NCBI GenBank assembly: GCA_964536785.1 | Contig: CAZHYM010000002.1 | Location: 1 to 51,149, forward strand | DNA from: an uncultured Candidatus Saccharibacteria bacterium | Lineage (GTDB): Bacteria > Patescibacteriota > Saccharimonadia > Saccharimonadales > Saccharimonadaceae | DNA: 51,149 bases | Reading direction: 5' to 3' | In this document: in pieces, positions 25,248-33,677 of the stretch | How the letters are laid out: each line of letters begins with the position of its first letter | Numbering within the stretch: position 1 is the stretch's first letter | Notes under the pieces: generated by a model | Databases searched by the model: none | What the model was told of the DNA's origin: nothing | The model's input: only the letters and a program-made list of their open reading frames with translations | Program-made: the position numbers and the translations under genes

Positions 25248-26298
25248 TTAATTCTCGCTCATAGGCCCCTAGATTATCAATTAAGTCTTGGATATCTCCA
25301 TTCATCGCTATTGGTATGTTGCTCCTGGAATAACCAATTCTATGGTCGGTAATCCGATCTTGAGGGTAGTTATAGGTGCGAATTTTTTCGCTTCGGTCCC
25401 CAGACCCGATTAAACTCCTTCTCGTAGCTTCGAGCTTAGATTGTTCCTCTTCGATTTTAATCTGCAAGAGTCGGCTTCGAAGTATACCCATCGCTTTGAT
25501 GCGATTTTTGATTTGTGATTTCTCATCTTGATTGGTGACTACTATCCCGGTTGGCAAGTGAGTTATGCGCACAGCGGAATCGGTAGTGTTAACGCTCTGG
25601 CCGCCGTGTCCTCCTGATCTATAAACATCAACCCTTAGGTCATTTGGATTAATCTCGATGTCCGTTTCTTCGGCTTCTGGAAGCACAGCTACGGTAACTG
25701 TGCTAGTGTGGATCCTGCCTTGCGATTCAGTCTGAGGGACCCTTTGGACTCGGTGAACTCCAGACTCGAATTTAAAGGTTCCATAGGGGTTAAGACCTTT
25801 TACTGAAAAAATAACTTCTTTGTACCCGCCAGTGTCATTTGAACTGTCGCTCAGGAGTTCGGTTTTATAATTATTTTGTTCGCAATACCTAAGATACATA
25901 CGATATAAATCGCTAGCGAACAGGCTAGCCTCATCGCCGCCAGCTCCAGCTCTTATCTCGATAATTGCATTTTTTTCGTCATTAGGGTCTTTAGGGGAAA
26001 GCGCAATGAACAGATCTTCATCGATTTTTTGTACTTGATCTTCTAGCTCATCTAATTCTTCTTTGACTAGTTCTAACAAGCTCTCATCTGATTCGCTTTC
26101 AAGCATTTGTTTGGCTTCATCGATTCTTTTTAGGTAAGTTTCTTTAAGCTCTAGTTTTGATATTATCTCAACTAATTCATTGAATCGACGATTGTTTTTA
26201 GCATATTCTGGATTACTGTACGAATTAGGATTAGACAAGAATAGCTCTAACCCAGCCTTTTCATCTTTGAATTTATTTATGTCTAGATTTAATTTCAT
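25222..26298 (-). CDS. prfA: Peptide chain release factor 1
   Basis: PQT tripeptide context [16 protein letters not shown] (RF1 PxT) and GGQ motif [24 protein letters not shown]. Confidence 0.95.
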   Translation of the reverse strand: MKLNLDINKFKDEKAGLELFLSNPNSYSNPEYAKNNRRFNELVEIISKLELKETYLKRIDEAKQMLESESDESLLELVKEELDELEDQVQKIDEDLFIALSPKDPNDEKNAIIEIRAGAGGDEASLFASDLYRMYLRYCEQNNYKTELLSDSSNDTGGYKEVIFSVKGLNPYGTFKFESGVHRVQRVPQTESQGRIHTSTVTVAVLPEAEETDIEINPNDLRVDVYRSGGHGGQSVNTTDSAVRITHLPTGIVVTNQDEKSQIKNRIKAMGILRSRLLQIKIEEEQSKLEATRRSLIGSGDRSEKIRTYNYPQDRITDHRIGYSRSNIPIAMNGDIQDLIDNLGAYERELNAEEIAKN

Positions 26299-26311
26299 AT
26301 TATATTTTAAG

Positions 26312-26320
26312 ATTATAGCA
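26312..26320 (-). promoter_or_regulatory. Extended -10 TGcTATAAT upstream of prfA
   Basis: The reverse complement of 26312-26320 reads TGCTATAAT, 13 nt before ATG 26298. A second TAAAAT lies 5 nt before the ATG. No SD. Confidence 0.5.
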
Positions 26321-26330
26321 AATTTAGCAA

Positions 26331-26369
26331 ATAAAAATCTTCGCTTCTATTCATAAGAAACGAAGATTC
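26331..26369 (-). terminator. Terminator after rpmE2
   Basis: On the minus strand, stem AATCTTCG / CGAAGATT plus an inner 4-bp extension, followed by TTTTATTT. Confidence 0.65.
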
Positions 26370-26378
26370 AAATTACAA

Positions 26379-26720
26379 CTATTTATCGGTTTTCGGAGTA
26401 GTTTTTTTGCTGATTTTTTTAGTTTTGTCTGTCTTTTTCGCAAGTTTCTTTGCACGCTCAGCTTTATATTCTTCTGCTTTGGCAAATTTGCTCTTGAAGC
26501 GGTCTACGCGGCCTTCGATGTCAATAATTTTTTCTTCACCTGTGAAGAAGGGGTGAGAGGCGCTTGAGATGTGGACTTTTACGAGGGGGTACTCTTTGCC
26601 ATCTTCCCATTTAATGGTTTCTTCGCTAGCTACAGTGCTCTGAGTTAGGAAGCTAAAGCCGGCCGTTTCGTCGCTAAATACGACAGGTCGGTATTCTTGT
26701 GGGTGTATACTGTTTTTCAT
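26379..26720 (-). CDS. rpmE2: 50S ribosomal protein L31, type B (no zinc motif), with Lys-rich C-terminal extension
   Basis: [10 protein letters not shown]...[31 protein letters not shown]. The CxxC pair is absent. The tail reads [23 protein letters not shown]. Confidence 0.85.
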   Translation of the reverse strand: MKNSIHPQEYRPVVFSDETAGFSFLTQSTVASEETIKWEDGKEYPLVKVHISSASHPFFTGEEKIIDIEGRVDRFKSKFAKAEEYKAERAKKLAKKTDKTKKISKKTTPKTDK

Positions 26721-26729
26721 ATCCAGAGC

Positions 26730-26758
26730 ATTTTACCCCATAGAAGTAAAAATGTCAA
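26730..26758 (-). promoter_or_regulatory. rpmE2 promoter TTGACA-17-TAAAAT, 9 nt from the ATG
   Basis: The reverse complement reads TTGACATTTTTACTTCTATGGGGTAAAAT. GCTCTGGAT follows, then ATG 26720. Confidence 0.65.
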
Positions 26759-26788
26759 AAATTAACACCCCAGCTAAGCTGGGGTGTT
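26757..26788 (-). terminator. Terminator after the 26799-27257 gene
   Basis: Perfect 11-bp stem AACACCCCAGC / GCTGGGGTGTT with a 3-nt loop. A T-run follows on the minus strand. Confidence 0.8.
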
Positions 26789-26798
26789 GAAAGTTATT

Positions 26799-27257
26799 TC
26801 ACTGTAAGAATTCGGAAAGCATCCTCCCATAGTTCAGAGAATATTGCGCGTTTAAACTTAGCTCTCCTACGATAGACCCATCATCAAGTTCGGAAAATTG
26901 TAAAATTGTATCCGTTTGCTCAGGATCAGATTTGTATTTAAATTTGTGAAAGGTCGGGCTACTGCCGTTTATAAAATAAAATTTTATAAATTTTGTGCCG
27001 TCTATATTTACCGCATAGCTAGTTCGATTCAACTTAGCTAAATCGATTGCCGATATTATCCTGCTAGATTCGGGCTCAATAAAGCACATTAGAATCGGAG
27101 TTGTCCCGCGCTCTACAAGCTCTATGGCAAATAACTCTCCGCTGATGGATTTTTGTTTTTTTTCATCTAACGCTTTAATGTAGATTAAGTAAACAGAAAG
27201 AAAACCTAAGAGCACAATTACCCATTCCTGCCAATTTGTAATAAAGAACTGTTTCAT
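26799..27257 (-). CDS. Membrane-anchored hypothetical protein
   Basis: N-terminal TM segment WVIVLLGFLSVYLIYI. It has its own GGGAGGG SD, its own TGtTATAAT promoter and its own terminator. No recognisable motif. Confidence 0.55.
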   Translation of the reverse strand: MKQFFITNWQEWVIVLLGFLSVYLIYIKALDEKKQKSISGELFAIELVERGTTPILMCFIEPESSRIISAIDLAKLNRTSYAVNIDGTKFIKFYFINGSSPTFHKFKYKSDPEQTDTILQFSELDDGSIVGELSLNAQYSLNYGRMLSEFLQ

Positions 27258-27289
27258 AATAACCCTCCCGTTTTATGAAATATTTAGAT

Positions 27290-27298
27290 ATTATAACA
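27290..27298 (-). promoter_or_regulatory. Extended -10 TGtTATAAT for the 26799-27257 gene
   Basis: The reverse complement of 27290-27298 reads TGTTATAAT. A leader of about 25 nt with a GGGAGGG SD follows. Confidence 0.55.
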
Positions 27299-27340
27299 GT
27301 AATCTTAGTTATCTCAAGCATAAGCCAGATAAAGGTGTTG

Positions 27341-27368
27341 TTGACAATAGAGGTGGACAGTGTATAAT
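27341..27368 (+). promoter_or_regulatory. rpsB-tsf promoter TTGACA-16-TATAAT
   Basis: TTGACA at 27341-27346 and TATAAT at 27363-27368. Confidence 0.75.
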
Positions 27369-27396
27369 CCGTAGGGTAACAAAATTTAACGACACA

Positions 27397-27439
27397 GCTT
27401 TTAGCAAAACTTCTAATTTAAATAATAAGGGCTAAAAGC
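27397..27439 (+). promoter_or_regulatory. Stem-loop in the ~80-nt rpsB 5' leader (candidate autoregulatory element)
   Basis: Perfect 9-bp stem GCTTTTAGC (27397-27405) / GCTAAAAGC (27431-27439) with a 25-nt A/U-rich loop. It ends 6 nt before the AAAGGAG SD. Confidence 0.35.
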
Positions 27440-27456
27440 GAAGCAAAAGGAGTATC

Positions 27457-28179
27457 ATGAGCAAAGTCGAAATCGACGTTAAGGCTTTATTGGAAGCTGG
27501 AGTTCATTTTGGGCATAAAACTAGCCGTTGGCATCCAAAGATGGCTAAGTATATTCATAGCAAACGCCAAGATGCACATATTATAGACCTAATGAAAACA
27601 GTTGAGGGGCTAGAAGAAGCTTTAGCTGCTGTTTCTAAGGCTGTGGCTAAGGGCGGTAAAGTATTAATTGTTGGTACTAAAAAACAAATTAAAGACGAGG
27701 TCCGTCGAGTCGCTGAAGCCACCAATCAACCTTATGTAAATGAACGATGGGTAGGTGGAACGTTGACAAATACCAAAACCATTGCTTCGCAGGTTCGCAA
27801 GTTACATAAATACGAAAAGCAAATGGCAACGGGTGAATTCGAAAAGCACTACAACAAGTTAGAGATTCAACGTTTTCAAGAAGAAATCGATGCTCTAAAT
27901 CTTAAATACGCCGGTGTGAAAAACTTAGTTTCTAAGCCAGCGATCGTCTTTGTAGTTGATGCAATGGTAGAGAAAAACGCAATCAAAGAAGCAAACAAGA
28001 TGAGCATCCCTGTGGCAGCAATTGTAGACACCAATGTTAATCCAGAGGGCATTGATTATGTTATCCCAGGAAATGATGATGCAACTAAGGGTCTGAAATT
28101 AATTTTAAGCTATCTTGAGCAAACAATTTCTGAAACCGAAGTGAAAATTGAAAAACCAATCGAGAAGGTTAAGGGGTAG
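27457..28179 (+). CDS. rpsB: 30S ribosomal protein S2
   Basis: LLEAGVHFGHKTSRWHPKM..YI, RWVGGTLTN, and the IVDTN...VIPGNDD signature. Confidence 0.95.
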   Translation: MSKVEIDVKALLEAGVHFGHKTSRWHPKMAKYIHSKRQDAHIIDLMKTVEGLEEALAAVSKAVAKGGKVLIVGTKKQIKDEVRRVAEATNQPYVNERWVGGTLTNTKTIASQVRKLHKYEKQMATGEFEKHYNKLEIQRFQEEIDALNLKYAGVKNLVSKPAIVFVVDAMVEKNAIKEANKMSIPVAAIVDTNVNPEGIDYVIPGNDDATKGLKLILSYLEQTISETEVKIEKPIEKVKG

Positions 28180-28184
28180 TGACG

Positions 28185-28784
28185 ATGGCGATAACGATTG
28201 ACGATATAAAAAAATTAAAAGACCTAACCGGAGTTGGTCTAACCGACGCTAAGCAAGCGCTAGTTGAAGCTGAAGGCGATTTTGATAAGGCACTAGAGGC
28301 TATGCGAAAAAAAGGTTTGACAAAAGCTGAAAAGCGCGGCGAACGCGAAACTAGGTCAGGAATCATTTCTAGCTATGTTCACGATGGACGAATCGGAACT
28401 TTGGTTGAGCTAAATTGCGAAACAGATTTTGTTGCAAAGACAGATGAGTTTAAAGATTTAGCATATGAGATTGCGTTGCAAGTGGCAGCGATGAATCCGG
28501 TTTACGCTAATATTAGTGATATTCCCGGCGACGAGATAGATCGAGTAAAACAAGAATTTATTTCAGCTGATGCACTAAAAGGTAAACCAGCAGAGATTGC
28601 CGAAAAAATCGTTACTGGACAAATGGATAAGTACTTTGCTGAAAAGACTTTAGTTAAGCAGGCTTACTTTAAGGATGATTCTAAAACGATAGAGGATCTA
28701 ATTAAGGAAAAGATTGCTAAGTTAGGCGAGAATATTAATATTAAGCGAATTGTGCGAATCGAAGTCGGTTTAGATAATGAATAG
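28185..28784 (+). CDS. tsf: Elongation factor Ts (short form)
   Basis: MAITIDDIKKLKDLTGVGLTDAKQALVEAEGDFDKALEAMRKKG (UBA-like N-domain) and ELNCETDFVAKTDEF. ATG 28185 lies 8 nt after the AAGGGG SD. The ORF track starts at GTG 28179. Confidence 0.95.
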   Translation: MAITIDDIKKLKDLTGVGLTDAKQALVEAEGDFDKALEAMRKKGLTKAEKRGERETRSGIISSYVHDGRIGTLVELNCETDFVAKTDEFKDLAYEIALQVAAMNPVYANISDIPGDEIDRVKQEFISADALKGKPAEIAEKIVTGQMDKYFAEKTLVKQAYFKDDSKTIEDLIKEKIAKLGENINIKRIVRIEVGLDNE

Positions 28785-28801
28785 AATTTAACTCTTACAA
28801 A

Positions 28802-28838
28802 CTAAATCGTCCGTTTTGCACGGACGATTTAGCTTTTA
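28802..28838. terminator. Bidirectional terminator between tsf and the convergent orphan gene
   Basis: Perfect 12-bp stem CTAAATCGTCCG (28802-28813) / CGGACGATTTAG (28821-28832) with a 7-nt loop, followed by CTTTT. Confidence 0.8.
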
Positions 28839-28847
28839 GAGACTGTA

Positions 28848-29210
28848 CTATTTTACGGTTTTTAGAATTTTATTCTTTAACTTCTTATCTAACTCGGAAA
28901 GGCTAGCAATCTTTTCGATTTTTTTCGTACCCAATACGGTTTCAGCCTCTTCGCCGAATTTAATTGATGTTAGCTTTTCCCAGGTATTGTCAGAATAGCC
29001 GAGCAGCATGTTGTCCTCTTCGTAATTAACTCCGCGGAAAAAGCCCTTTTGGGTAGGCATTTGCAATTTAGTTACTGGGATTTTTGAATTTTTAGTTTTG
29101 CCTTTTAGCTGGTTTAAGACGATGATTTTTATTTCACTTGACTCGGGCATTACTATTTCAATGCTTTTTGAATCGTATGTAAGAAAGTTTTTGTTTTTAT
29201 TTATTTTCAT
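28848..29210 (-). CDS. Orphan hypothetical protein (120 aa) inserted between tsf and frr
   Basis: Start set to ATG 29210 (MKINKNKNFL...), because a complete promoter occupies 29218-29246 inside the longer track ORF. No recognisable motif. Lys-rich. Confidence 0.5.
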   Translation of the reverse strand: MKINKNKNFLTYDSKSIEIVMPESSEIKIIVLNQLKGKTKNSKIPVTKLQMPTQKGFFRGVNYEEDNMLLGYSDNTWEKLTSIKFGEEAETVLGTKKIEKIASLSELDKKLKNKILKTVK

Positions 29211-29217
29211 ATTTATA

Positions 29218-29246
29218 ATAATAGCACTTATGTTAATAATTGTCAA
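29218..29246 (-). promoter_or_regulatory. Promoter TTGACA-17-TGcTATTAT, 7 nt from ATG 29210 (leaderless arrangement)
   Basis: The reverse complement reads TTGACAATTATTAACATAAGTGCTATTAT. TATAAAT follows, then the ATG. No SD. Confidence 0.7.
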
Positions 29247-29298
29247 GTACTACAACATCAAATATCGAAAATAAACATCGGGGTAAGACGCTAAAATT

Positions 29299-29307
29299 TG
29301 CTATAAT
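29299..29307 (+). promoter_or_regulatory. Extended -10 TGcTATAAT upstream of frr
   Basis: TGCTATAAT at 29299-29307. A leader of about 20 nt with a GAGGT SD precedes ATG 29333. Confidence 0.55.
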
Positions 29308-29332
29308 TAATCTATAAATAACGAGGTAAGAA

Positions 29333-29887
29333 ATGTTTGATTTTAAAAAATGCCAAACCGAGATGGAACAGATCGTTGATTTTTTTAATCAGAAAATGAA
29401 CTCAATCAGAGCTGGTAGGGCTCATCCCTCGATGCTAGACAATGTTAAAGTTGAGGCTTATGGCAATTTGATGCCATTAAATCAAGTTGCAAATATATTA
29501 ATTGCAGATGCCCAATCATTGGTAATCACCCCCTTTGATCCTAGCACCGTCAAAGCAATTGCTTCAGCCATACGAAATGATCAATCCTTGGGATTCAACC
29601 CCAGCGATGATGGTCGGGTTGTGCGCGTACCTATTCCGCCACTAACAGAAGAGCGACGTCGAGAGATAGTTAAACAGACTCACGAAAAAGTTGAAGAGGC
29701 TAAAATATCGATTAGAAATGCTCGTCAGGATAGCATAAAAGAAGTTAAAAGATTGAAAGATGCAAAATCTATATCTGAAGATGATGAGAAGCGATATGAA
29801 AAAGATATCCAAGATTTAGTAAATCGAACTAATGAGAAAATCGAAGAAATATTCAAATTGAAGGAAAAGGAATTGATGACCGTCTAG
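29333..29887 (+). CDS. frr: Ribosome recycling factor
   Basis: ...IRAGRAHPSMLDNVKVEAYG...PLNQVANI...VRVPIPPLTEERRREIVK... is the canonical RRF pattern. Confidence 0.95.
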   Translation: MFDFKKCQTEMEQIVDFFNQKMNSIRAGRAHPSMLDNVKVEAYGNLMPLNQVANILIADAQSLVITPFDPSTVKAIASAIRNDQSLGFNPSDDGRVVRVPIPPLTEERRREIVKQTHEKVEEAKISIRNARQDSIKEVKRLKDAKSISEDDEKRYEKDIQDLVNRTNEKIEEIFKLKEKELMTV

Positions 29888-29903
29888 GTCAAATAAATAT
29901 ATC

Positions 29904-31046
29904 ATGACAGTTTTGGGGATTATAGTTGGATTGCTATCGCTGACATTTTTAGTGGCAATACATGAATTCGGCCATGCTTTTTTGGCGATCAAATCTGGCG
30001 TTAAAGTAAGAGAATATGCCTTAGGCTTCCCTCCTAATTTATTTACGTATAAGATGAAATCTGGCATAAAATTTATGCTGAATGCATTGCCAATCGGTGG
30101 ATACGTAAAGCTAAAGGGAGAATTTGACGCTGCTGACAAACCAGGTGATTACGGAAGTGCAACTTATCTTCAAAAAACTATGATTCTTTTCGCTGGCGTA
30201 CTCATGAATTTTCTATTTGCAGCACTTGTTTTTATGGTTCTGTCTTGGTTTGGTTTGCCAAAGATAATCAACAATCAGTTTGTTATGCCAAATGACAACG
30301 AGATAATATCAGAACCAGTTAGCGTTGCCTTCGTAGTGGATAATTCACCAGCTGATAAAGCTGGCATTATGGAGGGCGACAGGATAATTTCATTAGCTGA
30401 TGAAAAAGTTGTTTTAAGTAGCGATTTGCCAAAATTGACAAAAAAATATCAAGGCCAAAATGTTAAGCTTATTTTAGAGAATCGAGCAGGGGCTACTATA
30501 ACTAAATATGTTCAGTTGCGTGATCAACAAAATGCAAATGGGCTTCTCGGCGTAGCCCCTGCCCAAGAAATTTACATTAAAGCCACTTGGAGTTCACCGG
30601 TTGTTGGAGTGGTAACTGCCGGTCAGCTTGCCTATGAAACCCTATCGGGCATGGGTAAAATGCTGTCTGACTTAGGGAGCGGCCTGTTATCAAAATTTAG
30701 CTCTGATGACGGCATCCGTCGGGACGGCGAGGCTAAAATAGCCTCAGTTGGTGCTTCTGTGGCTGGCCCGATTGGTGTTTTAGGAGTGATATTCCCAAAT
30801 CTTCTCTCAACTGACTTAAGAACATTTGCCTTTGTCGTGGCCATACTCTCGATAACTTTAGCCGTAATTAATTCATTGCCGATTCCTGCGCTAGACGGTG
30901 GTAGGTGGTTTGTCACTACAGTTTTTAAAGTTTTGAAGAAGCCATTAGGCAAGGACATTGAGGAAAAAATTCATGGCACGGGGATGATGTTATTATTAAT
31001 ACTAATGGTTGTTATGCTGGTGAGCGATGTTGCAAAATTATTTTAA
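29904..31046 (+). CDS. rseP: RIP site-2 metalloprotease RseP (M50) with PDZ domain
   Basis: HEFGHAFLA zinc motif, PDZ segment SPADKAGIMEGDRIISL, and the LPIPALDGG motif. Confidence 0.9.
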   Translation: MTVLGIIVGLLSLTFLVAIHEFGHAFLAIKSGVKVREYALGFPPNLFTYKMKSGIKFMLNALPIGGYVKLKGEFDAADKPGDYGSATYLQKTMILFAGVLMNFLFAALVFMVLSWFGLPKIINNQFVMPNDNEIISEPVSVAFVVDNSPADKAGIMEGDRIISLADEKVVLSSDLPKLTKKYQGQNVKLILENRAGATITKYVQLRDQQNANGLLGVAPAQEIYIKATWSSPVVGVVTAGQLAYETLSGMGKMLSDLGSGLLSKFSSDDGIRRDGEAKIASVGASVAGPIGVLGVIFPNLLSTDLRTFAFVVAILSITLAVINSLPIPALDGGRWFVTTVFKVLKKPLGKDIEEKIHGTGMMLLLILMVVMLVSDVAKLF

Positions 31047-31794
31047 CCAAAAGAATAAGCCAACTGCTCAGGTTGCTAGTATCGTAACTATAATTGCTTG
31101 GTTCGGAATTGCGCTTTTTCTAGCTATTTTTCTCTTAACTAATTTCCTATCCATTAGTTTTGTCTCTGACTTATTTAATCGATTAGTACCTAGTGATTTT
31201 GTTTATGGCTTGATGATTATGGTCGCAACGTGGATCCTTAGTTTAGCGATATACGTATATCTCCCAACTGTAATGGACTTTGCACCCAAGTTTAAAGCGT
31301 TAATGGCTACTTCTTGGGGTGAAGTTGGTATTAAATCTTGGCCTAAGTGGAGAGACATATTCTGGCCAATAAGCGGTTTTATAGTTTACATGATTTTAAC
31401 TATAGGTTTGTCGCAACTTGCTGATAAGGTTATCCCTTGGTACGATTTGTATCAAAAGCAAGATTTAGGTTTTGACATCTCGCTTGCTACAACCATCCTT
31501 GATCGATTTGCACTGTTTCTTATGCTTGTAATTTTGGCGCCAGTCGCAGAAGAAGTTATGTTTAGGGGTGTAATCTATGGAAAGTTGAGAAAAGTTTCGA
31601 CAGCTGTAGTTTCTACATTATTAGTTAGCCTAGTGTTTGGGTTAGCTCATATGTCCTGGAATGTTGGAGTTGACACCTTTGCTTTATCTATAGTATTGTG
31701 CATCATGAGAGAAGCGAGCGAAAGTATTTATCCGGCCATTGTTTTGCACGTTATTAAAAACAGCATTGCTTTGGTGGCATTATTTTATATTTAA
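31027..31794 (+). CDS. CPBP (CAAX) family intramembrane glutamic protease
   Basis: Motif 1 EEVMFRG, motif 2 FGLAH and motif 3 HVIKN, in a polytopic protein. Confidence 0.8.
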   Translation: MLQNYFNQKNKPTAQVASIVTIIAWFGIALFLAIFLLTNFLSISFVSDLFNRLVPSDFVYGLMIMVATWILSLAIYVYLPTVMDFAPKFKALMATSWGEVGIKSWPKWRDIFWPISGFIVYMILTIGLSQLADKVIPWYDLYQKQDLGFDISLATTILDRFALFLMLVILAPVAEEVMFRGVIYGKLRKVSTAVVSTLLVSLVFGLAHMSWNVGVDTFALSIVLCIMREASESIYPAIVLHVIKNSIALVALFYI

Positions 31795-31809
31795 CAAAAG
31801 GAGCTCAAG

Positions 31810-33045
31810 ATGAAATACACTCAACTTTTTACTAAGACGCTTAAAGAAGCCCCAGCTGATGAGGTTTCGAAAAACGCCCAACTACTTATCAGGGCTGGAT
31901 TTGTCTATAAAGAGATGGCCGGAGCTTACGCCTATCTACCTTTGGGCTTGAGGGTGGTTGAGAAAATAAAACAGATTGTACGTGAAGAAATGAGTTCCGT
32001 TGATAGCGAAGAGCTCATCATGACCGCTCTGCAACGCAAAGATATTTGGGAAATGACTGGGCGGTGGGATGATGAAACGGTTGATATCTGGTTCAAAACA
32101 GCCCTGAAGGACGGCACGCCACTTGGCCTAGGCTGGAGCCATGAAGAGCCTATTGTTGAGATGCAAAAACAGTACATCCATAGCTATAAAGATTTACCAG
32201 TTAGCTTGTATCAATTCCAAACCAAACTACGCAACGAGCTCCGAGCAAAAAGTGGCATCATGCGTGGTCGTGAGTTTGTTATGAAAGATATGTATAGCTT
32301 TCATGCAACGGCCGATGATTTAGCTAGTTACTACGACAAGGTTACCGAAGCCTACAAGAGAGTTTTTGACCGCATAGGTATCGGTAAAGACACCTATGTT
32401 ACGTTTGCAAGTGGTGGCGCTTTCACAAAGTTTAGCCATGAGTTCCAGACTATCTGTGATGCGGGCGAAGACGTCATATACTTACACCGCGAAAAAAATA
32501 TTGCCGTCAATGAAGAGGTTCTCGAAGATGCTGTCAAGGAGCTTGGTGTATCAAAAGATGAACTAGAAGCCGTTAAGACGGCCGAGGTTGGTAATATCTT
32601 TAACTTTGGCACCCAAAAAGGTGAAGAGATGGAGTTGCAGTTTACGGACGAAGATGGATCCAGAAAGCCAGTCTATCTCGGCTCTTACGGTATTGGTGTT
32701 ACGCGCCTGATGGGTGTTGTTGCCGAGAAATCATCAGACGACAAGGGTCTGATTTGGCCAGAACAAATTGCTCCTTTTAAAGCCTGCTTGATTGGGATAG
32801 GGGAAATGGGAGAGGAATTAGCCGAAGAGGTTTATCATGATTTTTTGAGCAAGGGTATTGAGCTATTTTACGACGACAGAGATGAGAGGGTCGGTAAAAA
32901 ATTTGCAGATGCTGAGTTAATGGGAATGCCTTATCGGCTGGCGTTAAGCGATAAACTAGGCAAAGGTAGAGTTGAGGTTATGGACAGAAAAACAGGGGAG
33001 ATTGCAATATTGACAATGTCTGAAGTCCTTGCTAAACTGTCTTAG
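31810..33045 (+). CDS. proS: Prolyl-tRNA synthetase, bacterial type lacking the INS editing domain
   Basis: The N-terminus MKYTQLFTKTLKEAPADEVSKNAQLLIRAGF aligns with bacterial ProRS. Motif 2 is LRNELRAKSGIMRGREFVMKDMYSFH. Only about 45 aa lie between SHEFQ and EVGNIFNFG, where INS normally sits. Confidence 0.85.
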   Translation: MKYTQLFTKTLKEAPADEVSKNAQLLIRAGFVYKEMAGAYAYLPLGLRVVEKIKQIVREEMSSVDSEELIMTALQRKDIWEMTGRWDDETVDIWFKTALKDGTPLGLGWSHEEPIVEMQKQYIHSYKDLPVSLYQFQTKLRNELRAKSGIMRGREFVMKDMYSFHATADDLASYYDKVTEAYKRVFDRIGIGKDTYVTFASGGAFTKFSHEFQTICDAGEDVIYLHREKNIAVNEEVLEDAVKELGVSKDELEAVKTAEVGNIFNFGTQKGEEMELQFTDEDGSRKPVYLGSYGIGVTRLMGVVAEKSSDDKGLIWPEQIAPFKACLIGIGEMGEELAEEVYHDFLSKGIELFYDDRDERVGKKFADAELMGMPYRLALSDKLGKGRVEVMDRKTGEIAILTMSEVLAKLS

Positions 33046-33147
33046 ATTGACAATTTAGAGGTTTTTATCTGAGCAATAGCTCAATTTAATTTAGTCAAAA
33101 AGCGTATGGCGTCAATCAATTAAAATAAGAATTTTAAGAAGGAAATT

Positions 33148-33606
33148 ATGATAAAAAAAGTTTTTCATTTGACTGAAGACGGATTAAACGAACTTGGCGC
33201 AGAGCTTGAAATGCTTAAATCTCAGAGGGGTGAAATTGCTGACAAAATAGCCGCAGCTCGTGATTTTGGCGATTTGAGTGAAAATGCTGAGTATGATGCT
33301 GCTCGAACCGAGCAGAGCCTGGTTGAGACAAGAATTGTAGAGATAGAAGACATTCTGATGAACGCCTCAATTATTAATCCTGCAAGTTCAAATAAGGTTC
33401 AAATTGGTAGTTGTATTACCTTGAAGGCTGGCGCAAAAACTAAGAAATTTTATTTGGTTGGCCCGGTTGAAGCAAATCCGCTCGAAGGAAAGATTAGCAA
33501 TGAATCTCCGATGGGCGCTTCTATGATGGGTAAAAAAGTTGGTGAAACTTTTGAGGTCAAAACTCCAAAAGGCAAGATTGAATATAAAATTGAAGCAATC
33601 AGCTAA
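33148..33606 (+). CDS. greA: Transcription elongation factor GreA
   Basis: LT..G...L..EL..LK...R.EI...I..AR.FGDLSENAEYDAAR coiled-coil tip, plus the C-terminal globular domain. Confidence 0.9.
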   Translation: MIKKVFHLTEDGLNELGAELEMLKSQRGEIADKIAAARDFGDLSENAEYDAARTEQSLVETRIVEIEDILMNASIINPASSNKVQIGSCITLKAGAKTKKFYLVGPVEANPLEGKISNESPMGASMMGKKVGETFEVKTPKGKIEYKIEAIS

Positions 33607-33627
33607 AAATATTAATTTGATTTGGCT

Positions 33628-33658
33628 ATAGCGTCGAACTTTCGGCGCTATTTTGTTT
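33628..33658 (+). terminator. Terminator after greA
   Basis: Stem ATAGCGTCG / CGGCGCTAT (one G-U pair) with a 6-nt loop, followed by TTTTGTTT. Confidence 0.7.
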
Positions 33659-33677
33659 ATCTATAATTTTTTATATA

